A DNA stretch of 64,000 nucleotides from Eutreptiella sp. 'Long Island Sound 2002'. Lineage: Eukaryota > Protista > Euglenida. A program made the position numbers and the translations under genes. The stretch is from positions 1,612,001 to 1,676,000 of the forward strand of contig OZ038378.1 in the NCBI GenBank assembly GCA_964036045.1, read 5' to 3'. Below are positions 34,854-48,100 of the stretch, piece by piece (position 1 is the stretch's first letter; each line of letters opens with the position of its first letter). The notes under the pieces were generated by a model. That model was not told the DNA's origin. It worked only from the letters and a program-made list of their open reading frames with translations, and ran no database searches.

Positions 34854-35844
34854 ACATTCAGAAAGTGATCAAAGCAACTGGCACAAATTGCTTAATGATG
34901 GAACGTGTACCTCAGTTGTCATTTCCGAAAAACATATACCCATTATGAAAGAGCGCCTCCGGTGATGTAGCATCACATGCTGTGCCCTTGCATGCCACTG
35001 GCCAAGTATGGGTAAGGTTGACCCCAAGCCCTGCCCTTTCCCACATCCTTTTTTCCACAAAACCTCCAAAGAATCACGGGCGTCCACAACAGCAAGAAAT
35101 GATGGCGGATCTTTGTAGCCGCAAATCCATCGCCAATGGGCACCACTCACTCCGTGCGTCTCTATGGCAGGCATGTGGATACCACTTGCTACCTATCGAT
35201 GTCCTACCCCTGTGCTATCCTGTTCCCCACTCTCGTATCGCCCCGAAAACCCACCTTTACTTGACTTGCTTGTGTTTGACTATGTTCTGTCCAGTCCACA
35301 TGTTCCAACACAACCTGGCACCAACGCTGATCTCTTGCTGGCATATGGTACATCAACTACTTCACCAACACAAACGCCCCAACAAAACAGTCAGAACATA
35401 TGCAATGATTGCATCTGGGCACAAATTCGAGCCTGACATGTGCATGATGCTGGGGACGCTCCACAGCTCGAAGGGGAATCTGAGAGCAACCGAACGGCGT
35501 GCACACCGAAATATTTCTCCATTATTTTCACCTCAAATCTCTTGAGTATGTGATATGGAGCCGAAGCTGTGTTCCAATCAGAACCAGCAGAGGGGAACAG
35601 CCAAGGGACTGACCGCATACCGGAGCGCAGACCACTCCAGGTCACGCCAGCCCTCAAAGGGTGCCACACTCCCCCCTAGACCACAGTGACATTTCTGATA
35701 TGTGGCATGGGTGTGCCCAAGCAATGGTTGCCCAATTGTGCTATGGGTTCACGGTCTATGCTGCCAATCTTAGTCTGCATCGCTGTGATTCCATGCTCTT
35801 ATCCATAAACGCGTTCCTTGAACATCCCCGCCAGCAGATGATTG

Positions 35845-35935
35845 TATAGAGTGATGGTATGGAGTGATGGTATAGAGTGACGGTATAGAGTGAAGATGTA
35901 GCGCGATGGTATGGAGTAAGGGCATAGAGTGAAGC
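35845..35935 (-). repeat. Short degenerate 14-bp repeat (GTATAGAGTGA(T/C)G), reverse complement of the family at 20474-20730
   Basis: GTATAGAGTGATGGTATGGAGTGATGGTATAGAGTGACGGTATAGAGTGA. Confidence 0.55.
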
Positions 35936-36795
35936 TGTTGTTGCTCCACAATAATGGTGCAACCTGCACAATCTCAGGCGGATTCCTGCAGTCGAAATAC
36001 AAGCCTGCCCCCCCCCCCACACAAAAAAGTGCATGACAGCCCTGGAACCCTTGGGGCTTGAGCCCCTCACTGTGTCTGTCACGAGGGGATGTCGGTTGGG
36101 CCTTCTTCTTTGGCCACAGGGTTGAAGCCCCTGTGGCTTCCGGTGCCCCTTTACCACCAAGAGTGTGCTTGAGGACGCCCTAAATCGAATCTAAACGCGC
36201 CCAATGGTGTTTCCTGAAATTCCGCGCGGTGGGGTCGCACACATGCCTTCATGCGTGTTTTGGACCCATGTTTGGTCCCCTGTATTGTTCCTATCAATCC
36301 GTTGGACCTGAGAGTAGCATGGATGGACAGGGTTTATATAGGCCTTTAGTTTGGCCATTGGCACTTCGCGTTCTGGAGCATGCATATGTGATTTTTTGGA
36401 AACAAGGAGTCCAAAACATCATCGTTTCGCCCTGACAAAAATCTGGGTCAATGGAGAAATGGCTTCAACGAACCGTGTCTCCTGGGTTTAACTTCTTCAT
36501 GGAAAAGGCAAGGAGCTCACTGTCGTGGGGGGAAATCCATGGTGGGGAAGCCTGAACTACTTCATCATGGTGGGGATCTTTGCCTGTGCTCGTCATTGTG
36601 ATGGTGAAGTACTTCATGCTGAACTACAAAATACTTTTGCCCCATTTGTCCCCTTGCATCAGCCCCCACCACGATGAACGGGTCGATCCAACCTTCCCCA
36701 CCATGATGAGGTAGTTTGCCCGACGCTCCCCACCACGCTAAAGTAGTCTGCTCGACCTTAGGCAATTAATTCGATGCATACATACAGCATGGCAT

Positions 36796-37230
36796 GTGTG
36801 ACAAATGCGCCCAAGCAGGGCACCCTGTCCGTACTGGGGTGGCTAGTTGGCAGTCACCCGAACAATTCTGCAAAAGTAAAGGAATGCATACATGCACCTG
36901 TGACAAAGGCCCCCAAGCAGAGCACCCTGGGTGGTTGACTTGGCAGTCACCCAAACAATTCTGCAATCACCTAGACAATGCATACATCTTGTGGGCACCA
37001 TAAACATCGTTGTATGACTCAACACATACAAAAAGATCTCCGAAATTCAGGACTACATTCAGGACTCATTGTGGGGGCCTGTGGTTAGGTGTGTGACAAG
37101 TGCCCTCAAGTAGGGCACCCTATCCGTACCTGGCTGGCTTGGCAATCACCCCAACAATTTTACACTCACCTTGACAATGCATACATCAGTAATTGGTGTG
37201 TGACTCAACACATACAAAAAGATTCATCAC
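36796..37230 (+). repeat. Three diverged ~100-140-bp direct repeats
   Basis: TGTGACAA..CCC(C/T)CAAG(C/T)AG(G/A)GCACCCT..TGGCA(G/A)TCACCC..AACAATT..GACAATGCATACAT at about 36797, 36899 and 37093. Confidence 0.7.
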
Positions 37231-40200
37231 CAAAGGATTGAAGGTTTGCAACTTATGTGATCACCCAAATGACCCAAATGCAAAGGAATCCATGAATAAG
37301 CAAATACACACCTTGGTCTTGCTTTGTCTCAACCCACATTCCCTGCTTAAATTCGTCACGAATTCAGGTTCGACTCCAGTCTGCCCTTGCGAACACACAG
37401 ATTCGTTCTCGCAACTTATATGACCACTCAAGTGACCAAAAGCAAGTGCATTCCCTGCCTTAATTCGTCTCCAGTTTAGATTCGAGTCCACTTTGCCCTT
37501 GCAAACACACAGATTCCTTTGCCAAAGGAACAAAGGAATCTCGTCACTTCTCCCACGCAAGTCGACAGACAGTAGAGCACCCTTCTTACGTCTTCTCCGC
37601 CTACCTAAAGTCGTATCTCGTTGAGCTTCCCTACAGGTTGGGCGATTGTGAAAATTGGTTTCAATGGCATCCTCCTACTCCCTCTAGCAATTGTGAAGAG
37701 GGAAGGTACCTCCAGGGGGTTGTTGCAAAGCGATTGAGCCTCCAACTGTGTCCATGGTATGCACAACATGATTTCGCATCGGCTGCAAAAAAATTTTTCA
37801 AAAAATTGCTTCTGTGCTCACGATGCCACATGTGCCATCTAGACTGTCTGTACTATGTCACTGTAGGCCCTAGGATTTGGCCCATCGAGGATCCCATGCG
37901 CAACTACTTTGTCCTTTGTGAAGTATTTTACTGCCTGTAAAGTACTTCTAAGTACCTTCCGCCCCCCATGTCCATCCCCCCCCAGGAACGACGGTTCCCC
38001 CCCCAGCCCGGGGGGAACTGTTGCCAAGTGACGCCCCCCCCCCCCCCCCCCCGGGGGGGATAGACACCATCGCCAACGAACAAATTACCGCCGCATACTA
38101 TGCAGAATTTATGACCGGTCAGTTGCTTGCTGTACGTCGCCCAAGGCTCTGAAATACACACTGACATTTTGAGAGGTCTGAGGAGTGCAATGGGTTAGCA
38201 CAAAGGAGGTACACATAAGCTCTAATAACAAGCTCTCATAATTATGCAATCCTGTGCAATATGACACTGTTGCGGTTTTTTTTTTGGAACCAGCCGGTGA
38301 CGGTTCCCCCCCCCCCCCCCCGGGGGGGGATGGACAGAGGGGGGGATGGACACGGGGGGGGGGGGGGGTACTTTCCCACCATAGTGAACTCAGTGTCGTG
38401 GGACAAGGTGAATGGAAACGGGCAAGTGTTTTTGATGCTGTTCTTCTTGCGTACTAATGACCCAAGTGTTGTGTTGGTGGCCGGGGGGGGGGGGGGTCGG
38501 CCACATAGATGCGTTTGGTGCTCTCATCTGAAATTGCATGACGTTGCTATTGTTATACACACTGCATTAGTTTTCATGTGGGAAGCAACAATGATGAGCG
38601 ATGGTTGCCCAGTGCCAGCGGGTGTTGGAGATGGGTGCAATACTCAAAGTGGAAAGGGGATATGATTAAAGCAATGGAAGAACGACACAACCTTAAGCAA
38701 TTCCACCAAGTCGGCAACTCTACATACATATATCCTTTGACATTTAACCACAAGCTAAACTTGTGCCCATGGCTTCAACATGTACATTCTTTAACATTTA
38801 AGCACAACTAAACCTGTGCCCATGGCTTCAACATGTACATTCTCAATGCTACGGATTAGCAACTAACATGGCAACCCATATTGCGTAGGGATAATGGGTT
38901 GCCATGGTATTTTACCATGGTCAATTTCCTATTGTATTGCATGTACAAACAACTGGTTAACAATTACTTGTTGCCAACTTTATTCATGCATCCTCTTGTG
39001 TGTTTGGTTGAGGTGGTCTTGTTACATGTTCTTGAAACAACTGATCATTGCGTTCTGCGGTGGGAGCCTTTGCCGTGCCCACTTGCTCCATGATTGTACG
39101 GTTGTGTGTTGGTGGCGATGCCAAAGAGGACCCAGCGTTACCAGTTACCAAACCAACGAAATCATTCATGCAAAAAAAGCATAACAATCTAGCTTACAAT
39201 CAATGCACTATCAAGCAATTGATGCCAAACAAGTGTCACGGATCGATGGATGGACATGCCCATACACTTTGGCATGTCGACGCGTCGCGTTGCATCGCGT
39301 CGTGGCGCGCTGCGTTACGTGGACTTGAGGCGTTTGGAATCCACTATCTACCATTTACCAAGCCAGCAAGTAAGGGTACGGGGCACTAGAAGCAATCGTT
39401 TGTTGAAACCGCCTGCGAGCCGGTGTGTTGGGCTCAACCTGATGACTTGCTTGGCCCTGTCCAAAGCCGTGGCGTTGTCGTCCACAGTCCCTACTCGGGC
39501 CGCCTCCCACACGCTGACCCTAGTCATCAGGGATCACGAAGTCCTTTTGGATGTTGTTGATGAGTTTTTTGTACCTTCTTTGGTTCTTACGCGTGTGTGT
39601 GTCCTTGTTGCCAAATCCTGGTGGACCCCGCATGGCCGCTTGATGCGTCCACTGTGGCAGTGGGACGGGCACCATAAAGGGCACCATCTACGGCGTTGTC
39701 ACCTGCGGGCATGCTGGTGCAAATGGCTGTGGATCGGCACGGGGCCGCTTTCCTGGCAGCGTTGTTGAGCGAGACCTCGAGGTGGACGCAACCGTCCTTG
39801 TATCCTAGCTGTGCTGCTCCGCGGATCCCGATTCGTCCTCACTGCTGAGTCGAGATGAGGCACTCTCAAAGAGGGGAGAGAGGTCTAAACCCACCCCCCA
39901 CTCAATATACCCCAGGGGGTATATTTAATGCCCCCGGGTATATTGAATGCCCCGGGGTATATTAAATGAAATGCCACCCACCGTGCTTGCTCCATTGTCC
40001 ACTGCTTGTGAATGAATGGTGTTGTTTGTTCCGCAATGTCCCATGCAGAGAGTTTGTTTTTGTTTTTGGCTAAAGCCACAAAGAGTGACAACGACCACAG
40101 CAATGAGTACTCTGAACCTACAAGTGGCTGTGACCAAGACGACCTTGAATCTGATGGAGATGATGACGTTGAGATGAATGAGCCGGCCGCTCTTGACACA

Positions 40201-40684
40201 ATGACCCAGTTGGTGGCCGACTAGAGGGATGCAGATGTCATTGAAGAGGAGGATTTTTCAGACATTTTTGACCCTGAAGAACATGATGACTCCGAACAAC
40301 ATGCCACATTCACTGAAGTTGAAAAAGAGAAATTGCGTGCTGCATGGCAAAAGATCCGGAACAAACTAAATCGTGGTGAAAAATATGCCACAACAATGGA
40401 CAACAGAAAATGCCTGAAAAAGAAAAGGCAAACAATTGTTTGGGTACAAGCAAGGGTTTGCCAAAGGGTGAAGGAACACACGGCACCAATCAATAACAGT
40501 AATGTAACTCAGACTGGGTGTACAACTCTCTAGCTAGGGCCACAACTAAACAGAACTAAACTGCCAAAAGAAGGAGCCGAAGGTGTGCAGGGGCCCCAAG
40601 GCTCCGGCACAGAGCAAGCGCCCCCACCAGCAGGCACACAAAGAAAGCCGCCACCGCCGACGTGGTAACCAATGCCTGCCCTGG

Positions 40685-41490
40685 CTAGGATTCCGTGCCC
40701 CTGCCCAGGCACAACACTCCACGGAAATGAACAACCAAGGGGTCCTGCAATAACGGCTTATAAATGAGCCAAGCCATACAGACGGCTTTCAGCCGATCCC
40801 CTCGGTTTTCCCCCTCCAAACGAGACATAGGGTCTGCAGGTTGGAATCCAGTGGGCACCCAAAGAACCCGCACAACAATGCCTAAGCAGACTGGGCGCCG
40901 CGCCAGACCACGCAATACTGATTGCTGGGCATCCAATACACTCTTGGACCGCACTGTTAGTTGCTGGGCGATGGCCACCTCCGAGTCACTCACGAGCGTG
41001 ACTGTAGTATAACCCAGACGGGGCGCCAGGCGCACCCTCCAGACCAGGGACTGTAGCTCCACAAGTCGCTTACTCTGGGATCTCACACGTCGGGGCACCA
41101 CAGATCGGACGCCCAAAAAATCCGAGAAGCCCCCCATTCTCCACGACAACCCGCCATGGGCCCCGTCAACAAATAACACCAGACCTGGCCCCTCCCACCA
41201 CCGCCCCAGCAGCATCTGGTCAGTCCTGTGCATGCCCAAGTCCAGACACAGGGTCTGCACACCCGCCACTGGGGCACGCCACGGCTCCGCAGACATGGCA
41301 TGCAAAACGACCAGGGACTCCAAAACCGCCACAGGGGTATGCCCAACCTGCTCCCCGTTGGGCCAACAGTAGGCCCCCGCCGCAAAAGGACACGCCAAAC
41401 CGCGGGGTTGCACCTGCCAATGGACGAAACCCAAAAAGGACTGCATAAGCCGTTTTTGTGACCGCCACACCGCCAACCTAAGCCACGCGA
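40685..41490 (-). pseudogene. RT C-terminus + DIRS-type RNase H
   Basis: KRLMQSFLGFVHW (thumb), then LFVDGA..LVELQSL..LVSDSEVA..LWVPTGFQPADPMSR (D-E-D-D of RNase H). The RT catalytic core is absent. Confidence 0.8.
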
Positions 41491-42187
41491 CGCACTGCGT
41501 GGGCACTGCGTGCGCACTGCGTGCATACTGCGCACGCAGAGGCCGGGATACTCACCCAAGAATACCTGTCACCTGACTAGTTGCACAGCTAAGCAGCAAA
41601 GCCCACATGACAACGATGAAACTGCCTTCAACTTGGTACTCCACTGTCCCTATGAACAAACCACTCAGCCTTGTAAAGTCCGCTTGCTTCGAGTGTTTCG
41701 GTGCCCGTGGCTTCGCTCTTGGAGGCGGCGATGAGGTGTCCCTTGACTCGGAGCACGGGGAACGCGTTGTCCGTGGTCTCTTGGGTGATGGGGACCGCGA
41801 ATAGGGTGAGGGGAGGGCGGTGGTGATTCTGAGCGTGGACGCGACACACTTGTTGATGGCGAGCGAGATCAGTGATGTGGTGGGGATGAAGGCCGTACCA
41901 CAAACTCCTCAAGGTCCGCGGGCTATGTATGGCTACATCACCCCTGCCTTCTCGGGGTCCCCATAGTGGGGAGAGTTCAATATGGGGGATGGAAAATGGG
42001 TAAAAATGGTTGACATTGGGCAACAAAGGGTGACAATTCAAATGTGCCACATCCCAAATGCATAGGAAGCTAAAAAAAACCCAGTATGGAACCAAAAACT
42101 TGTCAAAAGGGGCCAAAAGTAGGGTCTGAGTAATGGCCGACATTCAAAACTTCGCACTGCGTGCGCACTGCGTGCATGGCATTCCCC
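41491..42187. mobile_element. ~700-bp non-autonomous insert (MITE-like) at the position of the missing RT core
   Basis: The 11-bp unit GCACTGCGTGC occurs x3 at the left end (41492-41524) and x2 at the right end (42154-42175), followed by ATGGCATTCCC. A homologous right end is present at ~46300-46394. Confidence 0.6.
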
Positions 42188-42919
42188 AAGGCGGCCGTAG
42201 GGAGGCGGAAGTCTTCGGCCGTGTCGAAGACACGGTCTACGAACGGGGTAAGCCTCTTCACCAAAATTCAGGGGTGCACCGGAGGTCAGCAGAAAGCCAA
42301 CCCAGGTGGGGGGTGCAGGCCCTCAAAAAATCCACAAACAGGGGGTCATTGGATTCCTCACACACACCCCCTTCCCACAGCTCAAGCTGCGTCACGGGGT
42401 CACGGGGGGGGGGGGGGGTCGAACAAGTCCTCCGGACCTGGCAGCCAGCCTCGAAAGGTCAACCAAGCTGGGGGACAACGAGCCCTCCGCCTGTGGGACC
42501 TTCGGGCCGAATCACATGCGCTTCGCTGGTGGGCCAGCCGCGACTACGGCTCGGGCCACTCCAACTGTCCTAGCCACACCGACCCCGACGGTATCACGCC
42601 CGACCCCCTCCGTTGCAACACCCATCACCACCGGCGCGCGAGCCGCGCACGTCTGTAGATGCACGGCACCACCCAGCACACCAGTGGGCCTGCCCCATGG
42701 TTTAAAGCCGAGCACCGGCCTTTTAGCTGGGCAGCTCCAAGTCGATCCGCCTTCCCGCCTGCGCCCATGGAACTTGGACCGGGGCGGGTGCGAGCCCCAA
42801 GGGCGAAAGCAGGCTGTCCCCCTTCATGGTGCACCTAATCGACCCCCCCCCCTCCTCGGACCCGGAGCTGTCACAGGAATCGACAGTAACGAGTCCGCGG
42901 TCTCCTGGGGGCCTGTGGG

Positions 42920-44015
42920 GGTCAGTGGGGGGGGCAGGGGGGGGGGGCGGCGGCGGTGGCTCCGGCGGTGCCCGAGACACTTGACTTGCCGTGAGACCCC
43001 CCTCCCTCTCGGACTCCCGGTTTGGGGGTGGGGTCGAACAGGTCCTTAGGCCAGCCGGGGGGGGGGGGGTGAAATGTAGCCGGGGGCAGGGGTTCAGCTG
43101 TTGCGGGGAACATATTGGGAGCCCAAATATCCAAGTGCGTGAACACCCTGACCTCCCCCCCTGCTCCCGCCTCGAGAGGCAGTCGAAGAGGGCCCACGAC
43201 CGCAGCGTCTTGGAACGTTGTCGCATATCACAGGGCCATGCCGACACTACGCCACCTCCCCCACCAAAGGAAGAACTACATCTAGGGGTGGCGAGCGTAA
43301 CACGCAGTGCTGCCACCCCTTCGCACAGCATGCCACCGGCGGTGCCTCCAAGGCGTCGGACCCACGACCTCCAGGAACTTGTGCTCCAGCCACGCACTGC
43401 CCCCAAGAAACAAGTGGTCGCTTGCTTGCAGTCCCTTGGCCTCGGCCCATCGGAACAAGGCTTCCCGGAATCCATCCGCCCATGGGGAGAGTGGTCGCGG
43501 CTGCCACCCCTCCTCTCCCATTTTCTAGTTCCAGAACTGCATCCACAGAGGCAACGAAGCTAGAGAATTCACCAACCTTGAGCCACGGAACCCAACCGAG
43601 GACTGCCACACAGGCCATCGGCAATGCACCACGGTGCAACTCAGCTCTCTCCACTGGGGCGCACAGCCCCTCAGGGGGCAATCAGGGCCGGAAGCCCACC
43701 CGGGACGTTGCCTGTGCGATGCGCTTGTGCAGCTGTTGGACGACAGGCCCAACCCATCCAAGATCTTCAGCGGCCCGCACCGCCGCATTATACCCACGCA
43801 GGGTGGATTGTCTCTCCCCTGCCTCCGCCTTGGCTGCCAGGAACTCCGCAAGTACCCCAGCCAGCGACACTTCTCTAGTGGCATCCTAGAATTCTACGAT
43901 CTTAGCGAGCTTCTGCGCGTACACTTTGCGGGTCCCGGCCCTCCACGACCTAGCGGCCCAAGCATCAGGACCGCTGGGTTCGTCCTCGTTCCCCAGCATG
44001 CACCAGCGGGACCGG
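42920..44015 (-). pseudogene. Tyrosine recombinase with stops and frameshifts
   Basis: QSTLRGYNAAVRAAEDLG, WLKVGE, PLSPWADGFR, WHAVRRGGSTA, WWGRWRSVGMAL*Y; collinear with the YR at 10.2-11.7 kb. Confidence 0.8.
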
Positions 44016-44017
44016 AT

Positions 44018-44752
44018 CTAGCGATACGAGCGCTCACACCCCTTTGCAGCTGTACTATGGCATCTCATGGTTGCGTGAAGCAGGGTACCTGAGACCCCGC
44101 CCCCCACTGCCGGCTTTCGGCTCCAATAGAGACATTGGAAATGCCAGTGTTTGGCTGGCATGGCCGCCCCCTTCTGTACACATCTCCTGCACTTGGCTGT
44201 GGGCTCCGATTCTACTGGGATCCATTCTGCTGCACGGGTTTGCCAGCTCAGCACCCCGCCCACTTCGCGGAAGTGCACATTGTTCCAATGAAAATCACTG
44301 CCTAGGGCGCCGCGCGCTTCCTCTAGGGATCCATACGGCGATCGTCCTTTCGGCTCCTGGCCAACCCTGGCACTATACCTGGTCATGTAGGCGGTATGGG
44401 ACTTGCACGGCTCCTCCCAGACACGGTAGGCCAGCACATGATCGCGCGGGGGGGGGGGGTCATCTCCATGACTGCTGGCCCCTGCATGATCCGTTGGTCG
44501 CTGCAGCAGTCCTCCCACCTTGTCGAGGAACTCCTTCCATGCGCCCACACATAGGCGCATCCACTGGGTCACTCTCTCCTCTTGAACGAACTCCTCCAGG
44601 GACCCTGGCGTGAGTTCCAGCATGTCTTCTTTCTGTTTAATAATGTTGCGTTGCAGCTCCATGCGGAGCCTCTCGATCTCCTGGGCCTACGCTTTAATGG
44701 TCTCCGCCATGCTCCTGACGTCCGTCCTAGAACCATTATCTACGTCCCCCAT
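44018..44752 (-). pseudogene. Gag-like ORF with one in-frame stop
   Basis: ATG at 44752, TAG after ..ETIKA, a coiled-coil region, then the C/H cluster CRRC..KHWHFQC just upstream of the YR. Confidence 0.55.
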
Positions 44753-44869
44753 CTTGATTGGTGCTCACACACAGGACACGCAACAAAAACACAAAACGGA
44801 CAGAAAACTGCGTGAAAAAGAAAAGGCAAACGATTGTTTAAACAAGGGTTTGCAGTCACCGATGCTAGG

Positions 44870-45150
44870 CAAACAAAAAAGGGCTACTGGGGGTGGGAAA
44901 TCAGCCACACAATATCGTATTGCTTTGCAATTGTACCAATTTTTTCGAGCACGAAGAATTGATGGGCTAGCTGTCACGGTGAAGGATGTTGCGGCTGAAG
45001 CTAAGCGATTAGGAGCACAATACAATAAAGTTCCTTCAATAAAATGGTTGTTTGGTCGGAGGAATCGCAATGGTCTGGTTGTCCGTGCAGCCCGACGTAA
45101 GGTGTCACACACGAAGGATGAATTCTTTAAGCGCCTTCAGCAATTTCATG
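44870..45150 (+). pseudogene. Pogo/Tigger-like transposase fragment (CENP-B/Tc5-type HTH)
   Basis: GGGKS..LQLYQFFRARRIDGLAVTVKDVAAEAKRL..PSIKWLFGRRNRNGLVVR resembles the Tc5/CENP-B HTH. No DDE domain follows. Confidence 0.6.
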
Positions 45151-48100
45151 AATTCATTTTCTTTGCCCACATCCGGGGCTTTGGACTACAAATTTGTCCA
45201 GCCTGGTGTCCTAGATGCGGCACCTGTGGCCAAGCCCAAATCACATCCCAAACCAAAGGGCCACGGTCGTGTGCAACGTAGCATTGCATCATATTTTCAA
45301 CCTGCCAATCCATAAACAGTCCAATGGTTTGCAACTTGCATATCAATATTGTTGAAGATGCCTATACATGTCCGTTGTGCGTGTGCCATCCTGAATGGAG
45401 CCAAATGCCACCCCTTCCGCATGCTACTGGATGGTCTACTGCTTGTGAATGTATCCAGCATCAGACCGTTTGCGTACATTGGCTATTGTTGTGGCATATT
45501 TTTCACCACGATTTAGTTTGTTCCGGATCTTTTGCCATGCAGCACGCAATTTCTCTTTTTCAACTTCAGTGAATGTTGCATGTTGTTGGAGTCATCATGT
45601 TCTTCAGGGTCAAAAATGTCTGAAAAATCCTCCTCTTCAATGACATCTGCATCCCTCTAGTCGGCCACCAACTGGGTCATTGTGTCAAGAGCGGCCGGCT
45701 CATTCATCTCAACGTCATCATCTCCATCAGATTCAAGGTCGTCTTGGTCACAGCCACTTGTAGGTTCAGAGTACTCATTGCTGTGGTCGTTGTCACTCTT
45801 TGTGGCTTTAGCCAAAAACAAAAACAAACTCTCTGCATGGGACATTGCGGAACAAACAACATCATTCATTCACAAGCAGTGGACAATGGAGCAAGCACGG
45901 TGGGTGGCATTTCATTTAATATACCCCGGGGCATTCAATATACCCGGGGGCATTAAATATACCCCCCGGGGTATGTTGAGTTTGGGGGGGGGCTTTAAGT
46001 AGTGTCCCCAATGCGCTTCCGCAAGATCCCGGGTGTGTACCAGGTCTTGGTGCGGTGCGTCCCCAGCGGGCGTGACCGTTCCACCCATACGGGGCACCCG
46101 GCCTTGAAGGTGGAAGCCGGTCCACTTGGGACATGTTGCTTGCGCTTCGCATGCTCATCCTCCAACTCCGCCACGGTGTCCTCTGCCTCTTGAAAGGCTT
46201 CACGGGCATCCCTGGCTGTACAAACTATGGCAACTAGCAGGCTATCGAAGAAAATGCATGTCATCAGTAGAGTTGAGCTCATTTTATACCCGAAAAAACC
46301 TGGTAAGTTGAAGGGAAAAGCCAAAACCGGGGTTCGCACAATTGCCGACATACAAAACTCTGCACTACGTGTGGACTGCGTGAACGGCATTCCCATAATG
46401 TGGTGGGGGTACTACCCACCAACTCACTCACATGCAACACCCAAACCTCCTGAGCTTTGTAACACTGGGGTAAAGTCTTGAAACCAATTTTTATCCAAAC
46501 ACCGTCTGGCCACAGGTCAAAGCAGTAAATGGCCCCCAGCATACAGCCAGGCCCTGCCCGCAGCAGCAGATGGCCAGTGAGTAGTACACTAAAAGACTGT
46601 GGGTTGCCCAGGGAAGCACATGGCCGGTGAGCAAAGCATCTGACAGCCACACAGACCTGTACATGGTCGCAATAAGGGGCTGCGGCATAGGGGCACAGGG
46701 CATCTTGCGGTGGACCACACTTCCCCCAGGACGCCGCATTGGCACTTGTGCACAGGAGTGGAGCGGCCGGCGGGCCCCATGGGCAAATGCCGAAAACCAT
46801 GCTCACATCCTCATCCACCACATCGCCATCAAACTCCTCTGCCTGTCTGCCCTGCGCACAGCCAACACCATCGGGAACACATGCACATAATACCAATGCC
46901 ATGCCACACTGATAACCAACACATATCTCTCGGGGACATTCAGTTTATGCCAACGCAGAACAAAATCGCACTTTTTCAGGGGTTTCTCAATTTTTCGTCT
47001 GATGCTCGAAAATTTCGTTCCATAAGAGGGCGGGGGGGGTACGTGTATTCGTTTTGAAATCTGTGAGAAAATCCCCACCGTCCCCGAGAGGTACAAAAGG
47101 CATCCAGGAGGTACCAGAGATGAACATGCCGGCAGTCAAGGGCGCATGGCGCTGTTGAGTATCACATGCGCACGGCTGCCCATCAGCACCGTTTCTGTTC
47201 TGCCCAAAAGGGAGATAATACGTGACACAAATGTGTTGGGTTTCGTCAGTTGTCACCAGATGCAGAAGACTGGAGGTCATCCGTCAAATGAGCAATCCCA
47301 TGAAGCAGATTTGATGGTGGTTCTCTCAGTCAGCGCATCATCCCCAGCCCAGGCCGAATGACACAGGCATTCCACGTGAGAAACATGATGCAATGGGGGA
47401 GTGCCAGCGCCGCACGCGCTCCCCTCGGCGCGGTTCCTCTGGGAAGGGCCGGATCACTTGCAGCTTTTGTCTCGCGCCATTGCACGCGTCCCACTATGCC
47501 CTGTCCACTCCTGCTAGGCTGCCCCCGGTGGCCCGAACAGTTGCACCGCCCGCGCCACACATTCCCCGTCCGGCCTGTGTGACGCGTCGCGGAATAGCGG
47601 CCGAGAAGCAGTCAAAAAGCGTCGGTCCACTCCAAACACCGTCGCTTCAGGCCTTCCACGCCTGCGTGTGCACGTGAGTTCCCACAGGTCCCCATAGCTT
47701 CAGAAGGGGTGCCAGCTGAGCGCCCTGAGTTAACAGCCATCACCCGACAAATAATGCACCACACATCTCACAACAACCGCATCGCATTCCCAGGGGACGG
47801 AGGGGGGCTGGGTGGGTCCACGGCCCCCTCTGACGGAAGCGACAGAGAGGTAGGCTCTGCGTACAGCTGCTGTACAACATGCTGGGCCTCGGGCTGGACA
47901 CAGAGCCCGGCAGGACGAGGGCACCCGACGCACGCTACAAATGTGACCGAGTCATTCAAAGGGTCCACCTACGGCGGTTGGAGGGAGACGGGCACGGGGG
48001 GCATAGACTGCCTTCTGTCGCACAGGACAAAGGACAAGCAAACGTATCTTTGATGCCCGTTTTGCCTGAACCCGTTGGCACCAAGGTCAAGGGCATGCAG

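Larger units (their letters stand above)
40535..44790 (-). mobile_element. Second, decayed YR retroelement with gag - YR - RT/RNase H order (VIPER/TATE-like)
   Basis: Gag-like, YR and RT-thumb/RNase H remnants occur in that order on the minus strand. Boundaries are approximate. Confidence 0.75.
39886..45997. mobile_element. Pogo/Tc1-mariner-like foldback element with ~512-bp inverted arms (39886-40397, 45485-45997)
   Basis: The arms are near-perfect reverse complements (the same ORF appears at 40012-40224 + and 45657-45869 -). TA sits at both outer edges, the outer ends carry GGGTATATT sub-repeats, and a CENP-B-type HTH fragment lies inside. Confidence 0.72.

Noticed and set aside
23153-34857. 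Three independent genes rather than one
   Set aside because: The ORF junctions fall inside a WD40 repeat and a MAM domain, the downstream ORFs lack their own signal peptide, and the total length fits two +1 shifts. Not formally excluded without transcripts.
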